Shown: piece after piece, positions 44,541-55,332 of the stretch | Position numbering within the stretch: position 1 is the first letter of the stretch | How the letters are laid out: each line of letters opens with the position of its first letter | DNA from: Diplonema japonicum | Taxonomy: Eukaryota; Protista; Euglenozoa: Diplonemea | Assembly: GCA_964019335.1 (NCBI GenBank) | Contig: OZ025664.1 | Coordinates: 186,001 to 250,000 of the forward strand | Length of the DNA stretch: 64,000 nt | Direction of reading: 5' to 3' | Made by a program: the position numbers and the translations under genes | Notes under the pieces: generated by a model | The model's input: only the letters and a program-made list of their open reading frames with translations | Told to the model about the DNA's origin: nothing | Database searches by the model: none

Positions 44541-45046
44541 ACGAAAAGAAAAAAAAAGGGGAGAAATTGTGTGTCCTGCCTCTTTGGTTGCGGGAGATTT
44601 TATGGGGAAAAAAAAAAAAAAAAGAAGTGAAACCATGCTCTCAATTTCTGTTTTATTTTTTTTTTAATGTGTTTGTCACACCCCCTCACAGGATTTATTC
44701 TTGTGAATCGGTCTTCACCGTCGGGGGGGGGGGGGGGGGGGGAGAGACAAACAGTATGAAAACGAAGGGGAAAAAAAGAAGAAAAAAAAAGAAGAAAAAA
44801 AGCCGAAACACGCGCCTTGGGTACTTTCCCTCTCTCTCCCTCTTTGTAGTTTCTTTCCCCCCTACTATCTCCAAAGAAAGAAAACAAAGAAAGGAAAAAA
44901 AAAATAAAAAAAGAAAGACCTTTATCTTTCGAACCCACACAACGAACGACTTCTAAAAAAAAAAAAAAATCTCTCATCTGCCTCTCTTCTACTTTTTTTT
45001 TTCTCTTCCATTTCAATTCCCTCCACCACTCATCGATCAAAAAGGG

Positions 45047-46669
45047 ATGCCGGCAGAAGATGCGGACCAAGAAGCCCCGAAGGCATTAAAAGAGCCGCTT
45101 CGCACAGTGCTGAGGAAGCAAGGGTATACACACTGCGATGGGAATGGCGGGATGCGAGTGTTACCGCAGAGAACAACTCTGTCGGCTGCGTTGAAGGTGC
45201 ACCCAAGGGGGTTCAGGTTGTTGAGCAGCAACAGCCCGATTGAGCGGAGTCTCGGAAGCTACTTTAGGCTCCCACCACCACCGTCAAAAAAGCAAGCCGT
45301 GGACATGGCGAGAGTTAAACACATGCTGAAAATGAAGGGGAATCAAAAACGACAAAAGAAGACTGTTCTCGATGGGTTCATATTGCTCAAAGCCTGTGGT
45401 GTTGAGGACCCAACAGACGCGATCGAGGCCAGTCTACCTGACGCCGCGCTGACATCTGTGGTAGCGGAGGATCTTTCGTTCTTCACGAACCTCCAATACC
45501 TTGATCTTGGGGAGAACACGATTGACATACAGGACCTTGTGGCATTAGGGAAGCTTGAGGAGCTCCATTTGCATTGTGCGTGCCTGTCGTCTCTCGTCAT
45601 CCCACGTGGAGCCTTTCCGTGCTTGGAGGCTATTAACTTGTCCTTTAACAGCTTCACTGATCCTTCGGTGATAGCTACCCTCTCGCATCTCCCCAACCTC
45701 TCGCGGCTCGATCTCTCAGGTAATATGTTCGCGACGTTGCCTGACAGTGAGGTTATGAAGGATGGCTTCCACAACCTCCACCAGCTGGCCCTTGAGCGGA
45801 ATAAGCTATCCACAGAGGGTGTCTTCAAGTCGCTCTCCGTGCTGCCCTGCCTCCAAGAAATAAACCTCAATCACAATGCGTTGTCGAAGTTCCCTTCGTT
45901 CCCTTCTGACGACTCCGCGCCGCCTTTGTTCACCTCCTTGCAGGTCATCAGCATCGCGGCAAACGAGTTCCGATTCTTCGAAGATTTGTTTTCATTGACA
46001 AAATGCAAAGCGTTGAAGAGAGCCGTCCTGTGGGGAAACCCATTGGAGAGAAGACGGGCGGATGTGGATATATTAGTGCATGAAATGGGGAAGGTTGGTG
46101 TGGTCGTGTACCTGGAGGGTCCGCTGCCCCCGAAGCGAAGCGTGGGGGAATTCTACATTGCGAATTCAAAGAATATGGTGAAGGTGGCGGAGTTTAAAAA
46201 GCTTGCGAAGGATAGGGAACAAAAGGTTGACAAACAGCCGACGCAGGCTGAGGAGGAAACAAACCGCATGGAGCCTGCGGCATCGGCTTACAGTTCAACT
46301 TTCTTTATGACGGAACCGAAGATTCAAGAGTCGATGGGCCATACTGCTGGTAAGGAACAACACCCCCACCCGCCCCTTGTTGATGCGTCATGGTTCAGCA
46401 TCGATGATGGACCTGAGCCTTATAACTTCGAGGCGGAGGTGCAGGGCATCATGCAGTCGTCACCCACCCCCAAGGGATCTGTTGAGGCCAAGCATTCTAT
46501 TAAATCCGCGTTCACGGCACTCAAACATGCCCTCAACAACCCCCTCACCAACCCTGTCTCCACAAACCTCATCCGAAGAGGTCCCAGGAGAAAGCACCGG
46601 TACATCAATGCGCTTGCCGCGTCCCAGTCACCCACTCCTTCTGCGAAGCTCCCGCCGCTTTCCTCGTAA
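45047..46669 (+). CDS. Leucine-rich repeat protein, XRRA1-like
   Basis: VLDGFILLKACGVEDP followed by about 8 LxxLxLxxN repeats and WGNPL. Confidence 0.8.
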   Translation: MPAEDADQEAPKALKEPLRTVLRKQGYTHCDGNGGMRVLPQRTTLSAALKVHPRGFRLLSSNSPIERSLGSYFRLPPPPSKKQAVDMARVKHMLKMKGNQKRQKKTVLDGFILLKACGVEDPTDAIEASLPDAALTSVVAEDLSFFTNLQYLDLGENTIDIQDLVALGKLEELHLHCACLSSLVIPRGAFPCLEAINLSFNSFTDPSVIATLSHLPNLSRLDLSGNMFATLPDSEVMKDGFHNLHQLALERNKLSTEGVFKSLSVLPCLQEINLNHNALSKFPSFPSDDSAPPLFTSLQVISIAANEFRFFEDLFSLTKCKALKRAVLWGNPLERRRADVDILVHEMGKVGVVVYLEGPLPPKRSVGEFYIANSKNMVKVAEFKKLAKDREQKVDKQPTQAEEETNRMEPAASAYSSTFFMTEPKIQESMGHTAGKEQHPHPPLVDASWFSIDDGPEPYNFEAEVQGIMQSSPTPKGSVEAKHSIKSAFTALKHALNNPLTNPVSTNLIRRGPRRKHRYINALAASQSPTPSAKLPPLSS

Positions 46670-46920
46670 TTCTTTATGGTTTCTTTCTTTTTTTGTTTTT
46701 GAAAATGATGGGGGGGGAAATGGAGGAGGAACTATTAAGAGAGAGGAAGAGGCCGTTGGAAAAACGATCCCCCCCCCCCCCCCCCCTTCGGTACCTGTAT
46801 CTGTTAAATTTATCCACCGCTTTCATTATTTTCACACAATTCTTTGGTATTCTCTTTATTTTTTTCTCCCCTCTCTTCGATCCTTTTGCTCATATCTTTT
46901 TACAGCAGGAGAGGGAGGCG

Positions 46921-47382
46921 ATGGGCCATGTGACGATCCACCACCCTTTTGTACCGGAGGTTGTCGGTGTGGTCCATGGAGGGGAGAGGGAGGTGGAGAG
47001 CTTTGGTGACGGGGTGGTCGATATCTTCATGGATGTACACGTGCGCGACCCTCTGGGGTTCAAATGCAAAGGGTGTACTGTATCAGAGGTAACAGAAGGG
47101 GGCGAGGCGCACCGCCTCGGGGTCCGCCCTGGGTGGGTCGTGTGGACTGTGGAAGGCACCCGTGTCTCTACACCCTCGCAGCTAACCCACGCCATTCGTT
47201 CTTTCCAAATTCGGCCCGATCCGTCCTTGATCCGCATCCTCCCGCTTCAGTTTGTCACACAGCTTCCCGATCGGGCAGGATTGCTGCACAGAGTGGAACG
47301 CGACTGTTTATTGTTGGAAAGAGAAGCCTTGCTGGAGGTCCGACATGCGGAGGCACGGATCGCAGCGAGGAGGAGAGTTTAG
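46921..47382 (+). CDS. Small PDZ-like domain protein
   Basis: PLGFK..CTVSEVTEGGEAHRLGVRPGWVVWTVEGTRV. Confidence 0.7.
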   Translation: MGHVTIHHPFVPEVVGVVHGGEREVESFGDGVVDIFMDVHVRDPLGFKCKGCTVSEVTEGGEAHRLGVRPGWVVWTVEGTRVSTPSQLTHAIRSFQIRPDPSLIRILPLQFVTQLPDRAGLLHRVERDCLLLEREALLEVRHAEARIAARRRV

Positions 47383-47469
47383 ATTGTACTTTTTTTCTTC
47401 TTCTTTCTCCTTCCCTCTTTTCATCTTTCAATTCAATTCCCAGAAAGGTTCATTACAAACAAAAGAAAA

Positions 47470-47985
47470 ATGTTTAGAAGGATACCTGAAGTGGCGACAC
47501 CCGTCCGAGGAAGGTCTTCAAGCCCGCGTGTCGTTTCGACGCCTTCCTCAGGGAAGAAAAGAGGGAGGAGCGGGTCGGTGACAAAGACAGGAAAGAGACG
47601 GGCGGGGGACACGCCTGTAAAAAACAGAGACTTCGATTCCCATTCGACGAAGACAAGGGGAAGCAGCATCATGAGCAGCAACCGGTCTGTAGGGAGCACT
47701 CCTGCCATGGACCCTTCCCGAAGGCCCATTATCGTCAACGAGAACAGGAACCTCCAAAATATGTACAAGGCGCAAACCCTCCTCCAGGAACAGCGCCAGC
47801 TGCACGCTCAAACCCAAGAGGAGCTCGCCAACGAAAAATCAACCATTGAGTTCCTTCTCAACAAAATCCGTGATATGGAAACCGTCCACAACGTGCAGAA
47901 AACCGCGTGGGCCGAGGAAAGAATCCAACTCCAGGAGTACATCACTACACTAAAATATGAAAATAAATCCCTTAGATTACAATAG
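47470..47985 (+). CDS. Hypothetical protein: basic disordered N-terminus, C-terminal coiled coil
   Basis: 171-aa ORF. Confidence 0.7.
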   Translation: MFRRIPEVATPVRGRSSSPRVVSTPSSGKKRGRSGSVTKTGKRRAGDTPVKNRDFDSHSTKTRGSSIMSSNRSVGSTPAMDPSRRPIIVNENRNLQNMYKAQTLLQEQRQLHAQTQEELANEKSTIEFLLNKIRDMETVHNVQKTAWAEERIQLQEYITTLKYENKSLRLQ

Positions 47986-48202
47986 ATTTTATCTCCCCCT
48001 CCCCTTGTTCCATTTACTCTCCAATTTTTTTTCATTGCACAGATTATTTATTTTTGTAGTAACCTTTTTTTTTTAATCCTCTTTTTAAATTCTTACCTTA
48101 TTCCCCCCCCCTGTACTTAAATGCAGGGTGCCTCTTATCTTATTTTTTCTTTTTCTTCCATGACCTTCAATCATATCAGCGGCAACGGTCCATCAAAGAA
48201 GC

Positions 48203-49576
48203 ATGAAGCTAAAGAGGTTGTTGCTAGGTGGACTAGCCCTCGGAGGGGGTGTTGTGGGGGCCATGGATATGTGGTACGGCGACTTGTCAATCGTGAGGAG
48301 GAGTGATGGGGCACCTGACACGTATTGGATGGCCACATGTAAAGAGAAGTGGGTGAAGAGAGAGAAGCTTGTCGGGGATGTGAAAGGGAAAGTGGTTGTG
48401 GTAGGTGGTGGACTGGCTGGACTGCACACGGCACTCAGCCTTGCAGAGCGCGGTGTAGAGGTCGTTGTGCTGGAGTCGAGCAGTATCGGGTGGGGTGCCA
48501 GCGGGATGTCGAAGGGCCTAGCTGTGGCGGGCCTCCAGGTCGATGCCGAAGACATCGAGGAATACGTCGGGGATGCCGACTCCTCGAGGATCCAAAACCT
48601 CACCCTCGTGGCACGCACACGTCTCCGCAAGCTGATCGACAAGTACGCCATCAAGTGCGACGTGGTCGACAGCGGCTCCTTGCACGTGTCAATCCTCCCA
48701 CCCCCCTCGGAGCCTGATGTTGAGCTCGACGCCGAGCAGGTACAAGCCATCACCGGGTCCTCCCTCTACGAATGGGGCGACCTCGACAAGGGTTGCTTCG
48801 GAGTGAACCCGCTTGGCCTCACCCGCGGTCTTGCTCGGGCATGCGAAGAGAAGAACGTTACAATCTATGAGAACAGCGAAGTGAAGTGTGTGAGGAGCGA
48901 CAACAAGGGTTGGACTGTGGAGACAACGGAGGGCGAGGTAGCGTGCGAGCATGTTGTGCTGTGCGGTGCGGACCACCTTAGTCCCACTGTGCACAACACG
49001 CTGGGGAGGGCCATCGTGCCGGTGTACACGTGGATGGCAGCGACTGAGAAGCTTGGCGACAAGCTTCCACTGAAGGGCGACGACGCGCCCCTCGTGGGCG
49101 ACGACTTTGTGACGCTCAACTACTGGCGTAACACACCCGACGGACGTCTGCTGTTTGGCTCCCTGGCAGACACGTACCCTTGTCCCGCATGGCTGGCCTC
49201 TTGGAGACTGCGGAGAAGCTTGGCGCTCGTTTACCCGGAACTTTCGAATGTTAAGTTCGAGTACCTGTGGGGCGGCTCCCTTGCCTTCGCGACGAATGCA
49301 GTCCCTCTCATTGGTCGTGACACCCGTGGGCTGTGGTACGCTACAGGCTTCGGCGGCCACGGCATCGTCCCCACCGCCATGGCAGGCGAGCTCGTTGCCG
49401 CTGCTATCACCGAGGAGAACGAGGACTGGAAGCTGTTTGACGACAACTTCAAACCTTCCTACAACTACTGGCCGTTCTCGCGGTTGGGTGGAACCCTTGT
49501 CATCCAGACTTTCAATGCCCTGGACGCCTTGAGAATCAACGGATTCTGGGTCCCAGACGTCCCAAGGCCTTGGTAG
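48203..49576 (+). CDS. FAD-dependent oxidoreductase, DAO family (PuuB/gamma-glutamylputrescine oxidase-like)
   Basis: TYW..T, VVVVGGGLAGL, IGWGASG, YWRNTPDGRLLFG, WGG, YATGFGGHG. Confidence 0.9.
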   Translation: MKLKRLLLGGLALGGGVVGAMDMWYGDLSIVRRSDGAPDTYWMATCKEKWVKREKLVGDVKGKVVVVGGGLAGLHTALSLAERGVEVVVLESSSIGWGASGMSKGLAVAGLQVDAEDIEEYVGDADSSRIQNLTLVARTRLRKLIDKYAIKCDVVDSGSLHVSILPPPSEPDVELDAEQVQAITGSSLYEWGDLDKGCFGVNPLGLTRGLARACEEKNVTIYENSEVKCVRSDNKGWTVETTEGEVACEHVVLCGADHLSPTVHNTLGRAIVPVYTWMAATEKLGDKLPLKGDDAPLVGDDFVTLNYWRNTPDGRLLFGSLADTYPCPAWLASWRLRRSLALVYPELSNVKFEYLWGGSLAFATNAVPLIGRDTRGLWYATGFGGHGIVPTAMAGELVAAAITEENEDWKLFDDNFKPSYNYWPFSRLGGTLVIQTFNALDALRINGFWVPDVPRPW

Positions 49577-49667
49577 AACGACATCATGACGTGCTTGCTA
49601 TCCTTTAGAATCCTTCTTTTTACAAAACCACCACAGGTAAAGGGGTTACAGGGGCCCCTAAAGCACC

Positions 49668-50891
49668 ATGATGATACGCCGTAGCAGCGTATTGCTGATG
49701 ACGCCGAGGAAGAGGAGGATGCAGGTGAGGCATTGGGATCTGCTGCAGGATCTGATCGAACAGGACAAAGACATGGGCATGGCTGAGACTAAACAGCTGG
49801 AAGCACCGTGGCCTATTATCCCGCCAGCGGACACGGGCACCTTCGACCAAGAGTGGAAGAGGTACAGGAACGTTGCACAGCTTGTTGCGAACGGTGCCAT
49901 CCAACCGCCTAAATGGTACAGACAGTCGCGTCTCACTCCTCCTACCTCCGGCCCCTTTTGGGGCGACCCACCCGTGCACTCTTTGGACCACCAGTACGAG
50001 CTGCGAAGGCATTGGTGGACGCACAACTTGAAACCCCCTACCGAGCTCATGAAGGTCTTCCTGCTTAGAAAGGAAGACCGCGTCATGCAGGAGAACTACA
50101 AGCGCGTGATCGGGTTCACACCGAAGGAAAAAGTGAGACAGAAAATCAAGGATGACATCTCGGACGTGGCGGCGGAGGGGCGGTCGACCTTTAACTTCTT
50201 CTGGCAGAAGAAGCCTCTGGAGAAAATGGAGACAAGGTACTGGGAGCTCCGGGAAGAGGGTGTGCTGGACTCGGACGCACACAAAATGGTGTCAGAGGAA
50301 TTCCACGAGACAGTGGCGGTGAGGAAGCGACAGCAGGCGATTGCTGCAGAGACAGCGAGACGGAGTGGGAAGTATGTTATTTGGAGGGGGAAAAAACCAA
50401 AAAAAAAAAAAAAAAAGGTCGGTTTCAGCATACCAAGCACATTGGGTCCTGGATCTCTTGTCTACCTTGCAGACACGTATGAGCAGAAAAAAAAAGGGGG
50501 GAAATACCATAAACCAACCAACAGACACCATCGACCGATCGCTTGCGGAGACAGCTGGGAAAGATTTGGCTGCCGTTGCCGCAGTGCACTCTCCTGAGAT
50601 CATCCATGGGGAAAAGCCTGCGCAAGAAGAGGATCTCGAACACCATGTAGAGACCACCAGGTACTTGGAGTACACAGGGCTGCAGCCTGACATGATGGCC
50701 TTCGAGGTATGGCAAATAAGGGGGAAAAAAAGTGCTTTTTTTATGACACACAACAGGAACCGATCATAAGCCAGCACCGCCCCCTTGTTCCCGATCCCAT
50801 CACAGCTGAGAAGGTGGTGGAGGACGAAGGTCTCGCCACCAATAACCTCAACCTTGAGGATATTATTTCCGACAGCACTCCAGATGCTTGA
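49668..50891 (+). CDS. Mitochondrial ribosomal small-subunit protein mS23-like, 4 exons (introns 50372-50417, 50477-50524, 50707-50756)
   Basis: Arg-rich presequence; YRNVAQLVANGAIQPPKWY..SRLTPP mS23 motif; YWELREEG..DAHKMVSEEFH; three GT-AG introns restore a single frame. Confidence 0.7.
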
Positions 50892-51119
50892 GACTACACT
50901 TTAAAAAGAAAAAAAAAAGCAGCTACTCCCCCGTTGAAAAAAGAGAAAAAAAAATCACAATAAGGCTCAGTTAGTGTTCACTACGTTATGTTGAAAGCTA
51001 CCTTGTTTTCTTTCTTTCTTTTTTTTTTTTTTTTTTTGCTCGAGTGTGTTTTTTTTTCTCCTTTTTTTCACCCTTTTATTTCGCACCCACAGTACTGTTG
51101 ACCACCTGACGACTGGAAA

Positions 51120-51797
51120 ATGCTGTTAGGAAAGTCAGTTATAAGGAGCCGGATAAAAAAAGAGGAGGAACCTGTACCGGTAACACCGATGAGGGTGAGC
51201 GTGATAAGCGATCGATTGATGGCGAAAGTGTTGCGAGGAGACGAAGATTGGAAGCCGCTGGGGGTGAGCCCGCTGAAGGGGTTCAGACCTGCAAGAAACA
51301 AAGAAAAAGAAAAGAAGATAGGCACATTGGAGTTCCGTACAAGAAACTTCAAACCAGCGGCAGAAAGGGCGGCGGAGACGGAGCGGCTTCAAATGTCGGC
51401 AGCAATGCGCCCACCTCCACAGCTAGCGCCTTGTGGGGACAACTTCATCAACGCGAAGTATCTCAGCTCCAGCGACAACCAAAGCTATACCCTCCGCCAG
51501 CGTGACCCTGCCCTCGACATCCATACTCGCCCCATGCGGTACAGATGGAAGACAGAACGAGAACGTGTCACCGAAGCGATCCGCGGGACTTGCATCAAGC
51601 TCCACGACATGCCCACCTCTCCACCCTCACAGGGGCTCTACACCAAAGCAGAGTCATCAAAATGGGTCGGTGGTCTATTTAGGAAATACCACACGACTGT
51701 CCGTACCGCGCCTTCGTATAGGCATGACTATTTGGGGTGCACGCTGGAGGATATCCCTGCATCCACCGGGAGAACTGCTTTTACAACCAGTTCGTGA
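51120..51797 (+). CDS. Hypothetical protein (may be exon 1 of the next gene)
   Basis: 225-aa ORF ending only 31 nt before the next ATG. Confidence 0.7.
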   Translation: MLLGKSVIRSRIKKEEEPVPVTPMRVSVISDRLMAKVLRGDEDWKPLGVSPLKGFRPARNKEKEKKIGTLEFRTRNFKPAAERAAETERLQMSAAMRPPPQLAPCGDNFINAKYLSSSDNQSYTLRQRDPALDIHTRPMRYRWKTERERVTEAIRGTCIKLHDMPTSPPSQGLYTKAESSKWVGGLFRKYHTTVRTAPSYRHDYLGCTLEDIPASTGRTAFTTSS

Positions 51798-51828
51798 AGC
51801 CTTTCTTTCTTCCTTTCTCTTCTAAAGC

Positions 51829-53961
51829 ATGCGGTCTTTACACAGTTACACGATGTTGCCCGAGCACAATGTGTACGTCCATGAGGAAGACGACACGCAC
51901 ACGTGCAAGATCGCTGTCGGGTTCCAGCGTGGGTTTCACCGCAGGCCCGTGCCAAACTACAATCTGGCGACAGCCGAGTGGACAGTTGACGAGGACAAGC
52001 TGATCATAGCGTGCGAGGCACGTGGAGAGGACAACATGCAAAAAGTGTACTTAACATACTGTGAAGATGCCCCTGATGCGTTCGGGAAACCTAACGTCAC
52101 GAACGCGCTTCTTTGTGAGAGGCTGTCAGACCTGAAGCGGAAGTTCCCCGACAGGTACAATCTGGTAAAGAGCACAACGCAACACACAGCAGACGGGAAC
52201 AAAGCGCTCATCGCGTTCAAGCGCATGAAACGCAAGCAAGAAGGCCTCCCCAACGACCTCACCATCATCTGCGATAACAACGAAAAGGTGAAGGCCAACG
52301 CCGACACCCTGCGTAAATCGTCTCTGAAAATAGAGGCGTACCTGAACGCTAATCCGTTCGACGGCGAGAGGGAACGCGTGTTGCACCTCAACCAGTCCAC
52401 TTCACCCCTGCCGGGTGTTGACCACTTTGGTGCATTCTCCGCAGAAACCGTCAAGACGTACGTTCTAATAACTTCCAGGAACGACTGGGCGAACGAACGT
52501 ATCGATCTTGCCGACGCATTGAACCAGGCTCGTGTGTCACGCGACAAGATGTGGGATAGTATTCAGAGTGACATGCAAAGTAAGCGACAAAGCTACTTAT
52601 CGCATTTTGAAAGCCAAGAAGCAGAGGAGCTTAGTCTGCTGACGTCCACGTTGGACACACAACTTGAGAAAGACATCCGAACCCTGCGAACTCTGTACGG
52701 TTCACACATCACGCACGAAAAAAAACTCATCACAGAACGGTACGGAAGCAAAGTGCAGGAAGTGAACAAATACTTCGACACCGAGACAGAGAAGCTCCAC
52801 GAGCTCTTAACACAGCCTGAAGGACAGCTTGAGAACGTTGACGTCCTTACAGAGCAGCTCAAAATAGCGGACAATGCCGTGGCGGGGCTTTACAGGGACG
52901 ACATGCTGCCCAAGCTGCTGATCCTGTCGGAGATGATCCAAGCAATGGGCTTGAAGGAATCCGTTGTCGATATGATTGCAGCGAAGCCCCTGAAGCACCT
53001 GATGTCCTCTACGCAGGAGATGGGTTGTCAGTTGATACGCTCGAAGACGTTGCAGGAAATACTCACGAAGCTTGACGTCAAGGATTTTTTGAAACTCAAC
53101 GACAGCAAGCATTTGATTCCAAAGGAGCTCGTGATGATTGAGTACCAGACAAGAGAGGCGATGGCGAGCGAGGCGTACCGCAACAAAGAGACCGAAGAGC
53201 TGCACCGTCTGGAACAGTCGGGTGGAGAAGCGTTCAAGAAAGTACTCGAAGCGGAGCTGCAGCGGAGACTCTCGGAAGTTAAGGACACGAGTGTGGTCCT
53301 GAAACAAGTTAAAGGGAATGTTCTATTACTGTCACACGACAGGTTAGCTGTAAGCTTGTTGCAGCATAAAAAGTACGGTACGGCATTGGCCACCCATGGC
53401 AGAGCCAGCGGGGTAGGTTGGGGCAACGTGTACTGGGAGGCATTGATTGACACTTTTGAAGAGGTCATAGGCCTCTCTTGCGGCATAGGATGGGAAGCTG
53501 TACGCAGCACAAAATGCACAATCGCAACACCTATTCACGAACCACAACGCACTAGTAACGTCTTCAGATTTGGGAAAGGCCAGGAAGGAGTCCCCGGCCT
53601 ATCTCCAGGGCAGAATGGGCTGTACGGAGTTGTGTTAGTGTCCAATGGCTCGATGTACTACAATGGTGCTTCGGAAGAAACGCGCACAAAATTTTCTCCG
53701 CAAGACTGCATCGGCGTCCTCCTCGACCTCACCAACGGGACCACCACGTTCTCTAAGAACGGGCTTGCGATCCCTAAATGCACGGACCTCCCTATACACC
53801 ACGAAGGCCACTACCATGTCGCCCCCGTGATGTCCATCTACTCAGCCTCGGCGAAGCAGAGGCTTAAAGTTGTTGCGAACTTCAGCGGTCCCTTCCGGCA
53901 CCCGCCTAACACTTCTTTCTCCCCTTATTCAAGGCAGGCGTCATACCATGCCAAGCCGTGA
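51829..53961 (+). CDS. Protein with a BTB-like region, coiled coil and C-terminal SPRY/B30.2 domain
   Basis: DLTIICDNNEKVKA...LRKSS (BTB-like); VYWEA, CGIGW, FSPQDCIGVLLDLTNGTTTFSKNG, NFSGPFRHPP (SPRY). Confidence 0.78.
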   Translation: MRSLHSYTMLPEHNVYVHEEDDTHTCKIAVGFQRGFHRRPVPNYNLATAEWTVDEDKLIIACEARGEDNMQKVYLTYCEDAPDAFGKPNVTNALLCERLSDLKRKFPDRYNLVKSTTQHTADGNKALIAFKRMKRKQEGLPNDLTIICDNNEKVKANADTLRKSSLKIEAYLNANPFDGERERVLHLNQSTSPLPGVDHFGAFSAETVKTYVLITSRNDWANERIDLADALNQARVSRDKMWDSIQSDMQSKRQSYLSHFESQEAEELSLLTSTLDTQLEKDIRTLRTLYGSHITHEKKLITERYGSKVQEVNKYFDTETEKLHELLTQPEGQLENVDVLTEQLKIADNAVAGLYRDDMLPKLLILSEMIQAMGLKESVVDMIAAKPLKHLMSSTQEMGCQLIRSKTLQEILTKLDVKDFLKLNDSKHLIPKELVMIEYQTREAMASEAYRNKETEELHRLEQSGGEAFKKVLEAELQRRLSEVKDTSVVLKQVKGNVLLLSHDRLAVSLLQHKKYGTALATHGRASGVGWGNVYWEALIDTFEEVIGLSCGIGWEAVRSTKCTIATPIHEPQRTSNVFRFGKGQEGVPGLSPGQNGLYGVVLVSNGSMYYNGASEETRTKFSPQDCIGVLLDLTNGTTTFSKNGLAIPKCTDLPIHHEGHYHVAPVMSIYSASAKQRLKVVANFSGPFRHPPNTSFSPYSRQASYHAKP

Positions 53962-54030
53962 TTTTTAAGTTGGTTCCCTCTTATTATTTTGCTTGGGTTC
54001 GTTCCTTACACCATTACTTTTTTCCAAGGA

Positions 54031-55071
54031 ATGTCCGGGATAAGCGTTCTATTGATTGTGAGTAACTTAGCTGCGTGGGACTGTGGGGTGGACAGAGTAG
54101 AAGGGAGAGCAGGGGCGACGGAAGAGGCGGACAGTTCGGAGAAATGTTTGGAAGCATTGGAAGCGCAAGAGTACCGTGTCAGTGTGGTGTCGGACAACAA
54201 CGAAAGCATTGTATGCACAGGGGTCGAGGAGGCACCCGGGACGGGCCTCGTCTTGAACGGAACGTGGTGCAGGAGGGAAGTCCCAACCTACAACGAAACA
54301 TATAGTGTTTTACTAACCTTCGCAGACAATGTGGGGGAACAGCTCCAACCAGCGATACAAGAAGCTTTAGAGTCTGTGTTTGGAAACTACACAAGGCAGG
54401 GACTTTTATACTCAGAAGCGATGGGATTTCTCTTCGAGTCAGCAACCCTACTGTTCGACCACCTCACGACCCTCGAAGAAGGCAGCGCGGCACGAGACGA
54501 ACCGGAAATACGTCTCCTCATAGCAGATGTCTTTGATAAAAACGAAGCTGTCTTCGGCGTCGAACTGTACAACATAACATTTCTTGAGAAACCCCCACCG
54601 CTGGTGTTGAACGTGGTGTTTCATGTGTCGGTGTTTTTTGTGAGGGGTGTTGCTGCTGATGAGGACCAGCAGAGGGTTACTGTTAACCTGCTCAGCGCGT
54701 TGGATGCTGCAAAGCACGATGGAGTGGAAACGGCCTCTGTGACAGGGCTTGCGTTCAAACAGTTGAGTCTTTACTTCATGTACTCTGCAGTGGCCGTTGG
54801 GCTCTCTGTGGCAGATGTAGAAGAGCTTGTCCGGACTGCTCTCGTAACCGTCTTCTCTATCCCATCTCTTCAGGCATTTGTCGTGACCGACGTTGTTGTA
54901 GATCTAAATCAGAGCATCAGTACGGCCACCTCTGTCCTCGCTGATTCCGATGATGATGATAGCCTGCACCCCACTATTCCTATCGCTATCTGCCTCGGTG
55001 GTATCCTTGCAGCTTTTATCGTCTATCACTTGCTCAAAGGCTTATCTCCACCGCGGCGAACTACTTATTAA
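54031..55071 (+). CDS. Type I membrane protein of unknown function
   Basis: Signal-like N-terminus, acidic ectodomain with NxT sites, C-terminal TM IPIAICLGGILAAFIVYHLL. Confidence 0.7.
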   Translation: MSGISVLLIVSNLAAWDCGVDRVEGRAGATEEADSSEKCLEALEAQEYRVSVVSDNNESIVCTGVEEAPGTGLVLNGTWCRREVPTYNETYSVLLTFADNVGEQLQPAIQEALESVFGNYTRQGLLYSEAMGFLFESATLLFDHLTTLEEGSAARDEPEIRLLIADVFDKNEAVFGVELYNITFLEKPPPLVLNVVFHVSVFFVRGVAADEDQQRVTVNLLSALDAAKHDGVETASVTGLAFKQLSLYFMYSAVAVGLSVADVEELVRTALVTVFSIPSLQAFVVTDVVVDLNQSISTATSVLADSDDDDSLHPTIPIAICLGGILAAFIVYHLLKGLSPPRRTTY

Positions 55072-55212
55072 CATTTTTCCCCCCCTGCTGTATCTTGTCT
55101 CTTCTCTTTTGAAGATATTTTTTTTTTCCAGTTTCCGAATTTGTATTATTTGATTTGCTGCTTTCCACCACCAATGATCGCATCCAGAAGTATCGCCATC
55201 AGCACGGGGGAT

Positions 55213-55321
55213 GTGTCCAGTGATGAAAAATTCCGTTTAATAGTCTTCTTTCCAATGAAAAAAAAGTTTTTTTTTTCGTGATTCCAACAACAGATTGCTG
55301 ACAGTTTCATTCTGAGAACAC
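55213..55321 (+). ncRNA. Box C/D snoRNA family A, copy 1
   Basis: GTGT/ACAC terminal stem, TGATGA...CTGA. GTCTTCTTTCC before the D' box (ATGA) is complementary to conserved LSU rRNA GGAAAGAAGAC. Confidence 0.85.
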
Positions 55322-55332
55322 TTTTTTTTTTT

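Noticed and set aside
10821-44956. Many poly-Phe/poly-Lys ORFs
   Set aside because: Translations of intergenic T and A homopolymer runs, whose lengths may also be sequencing artefacts.
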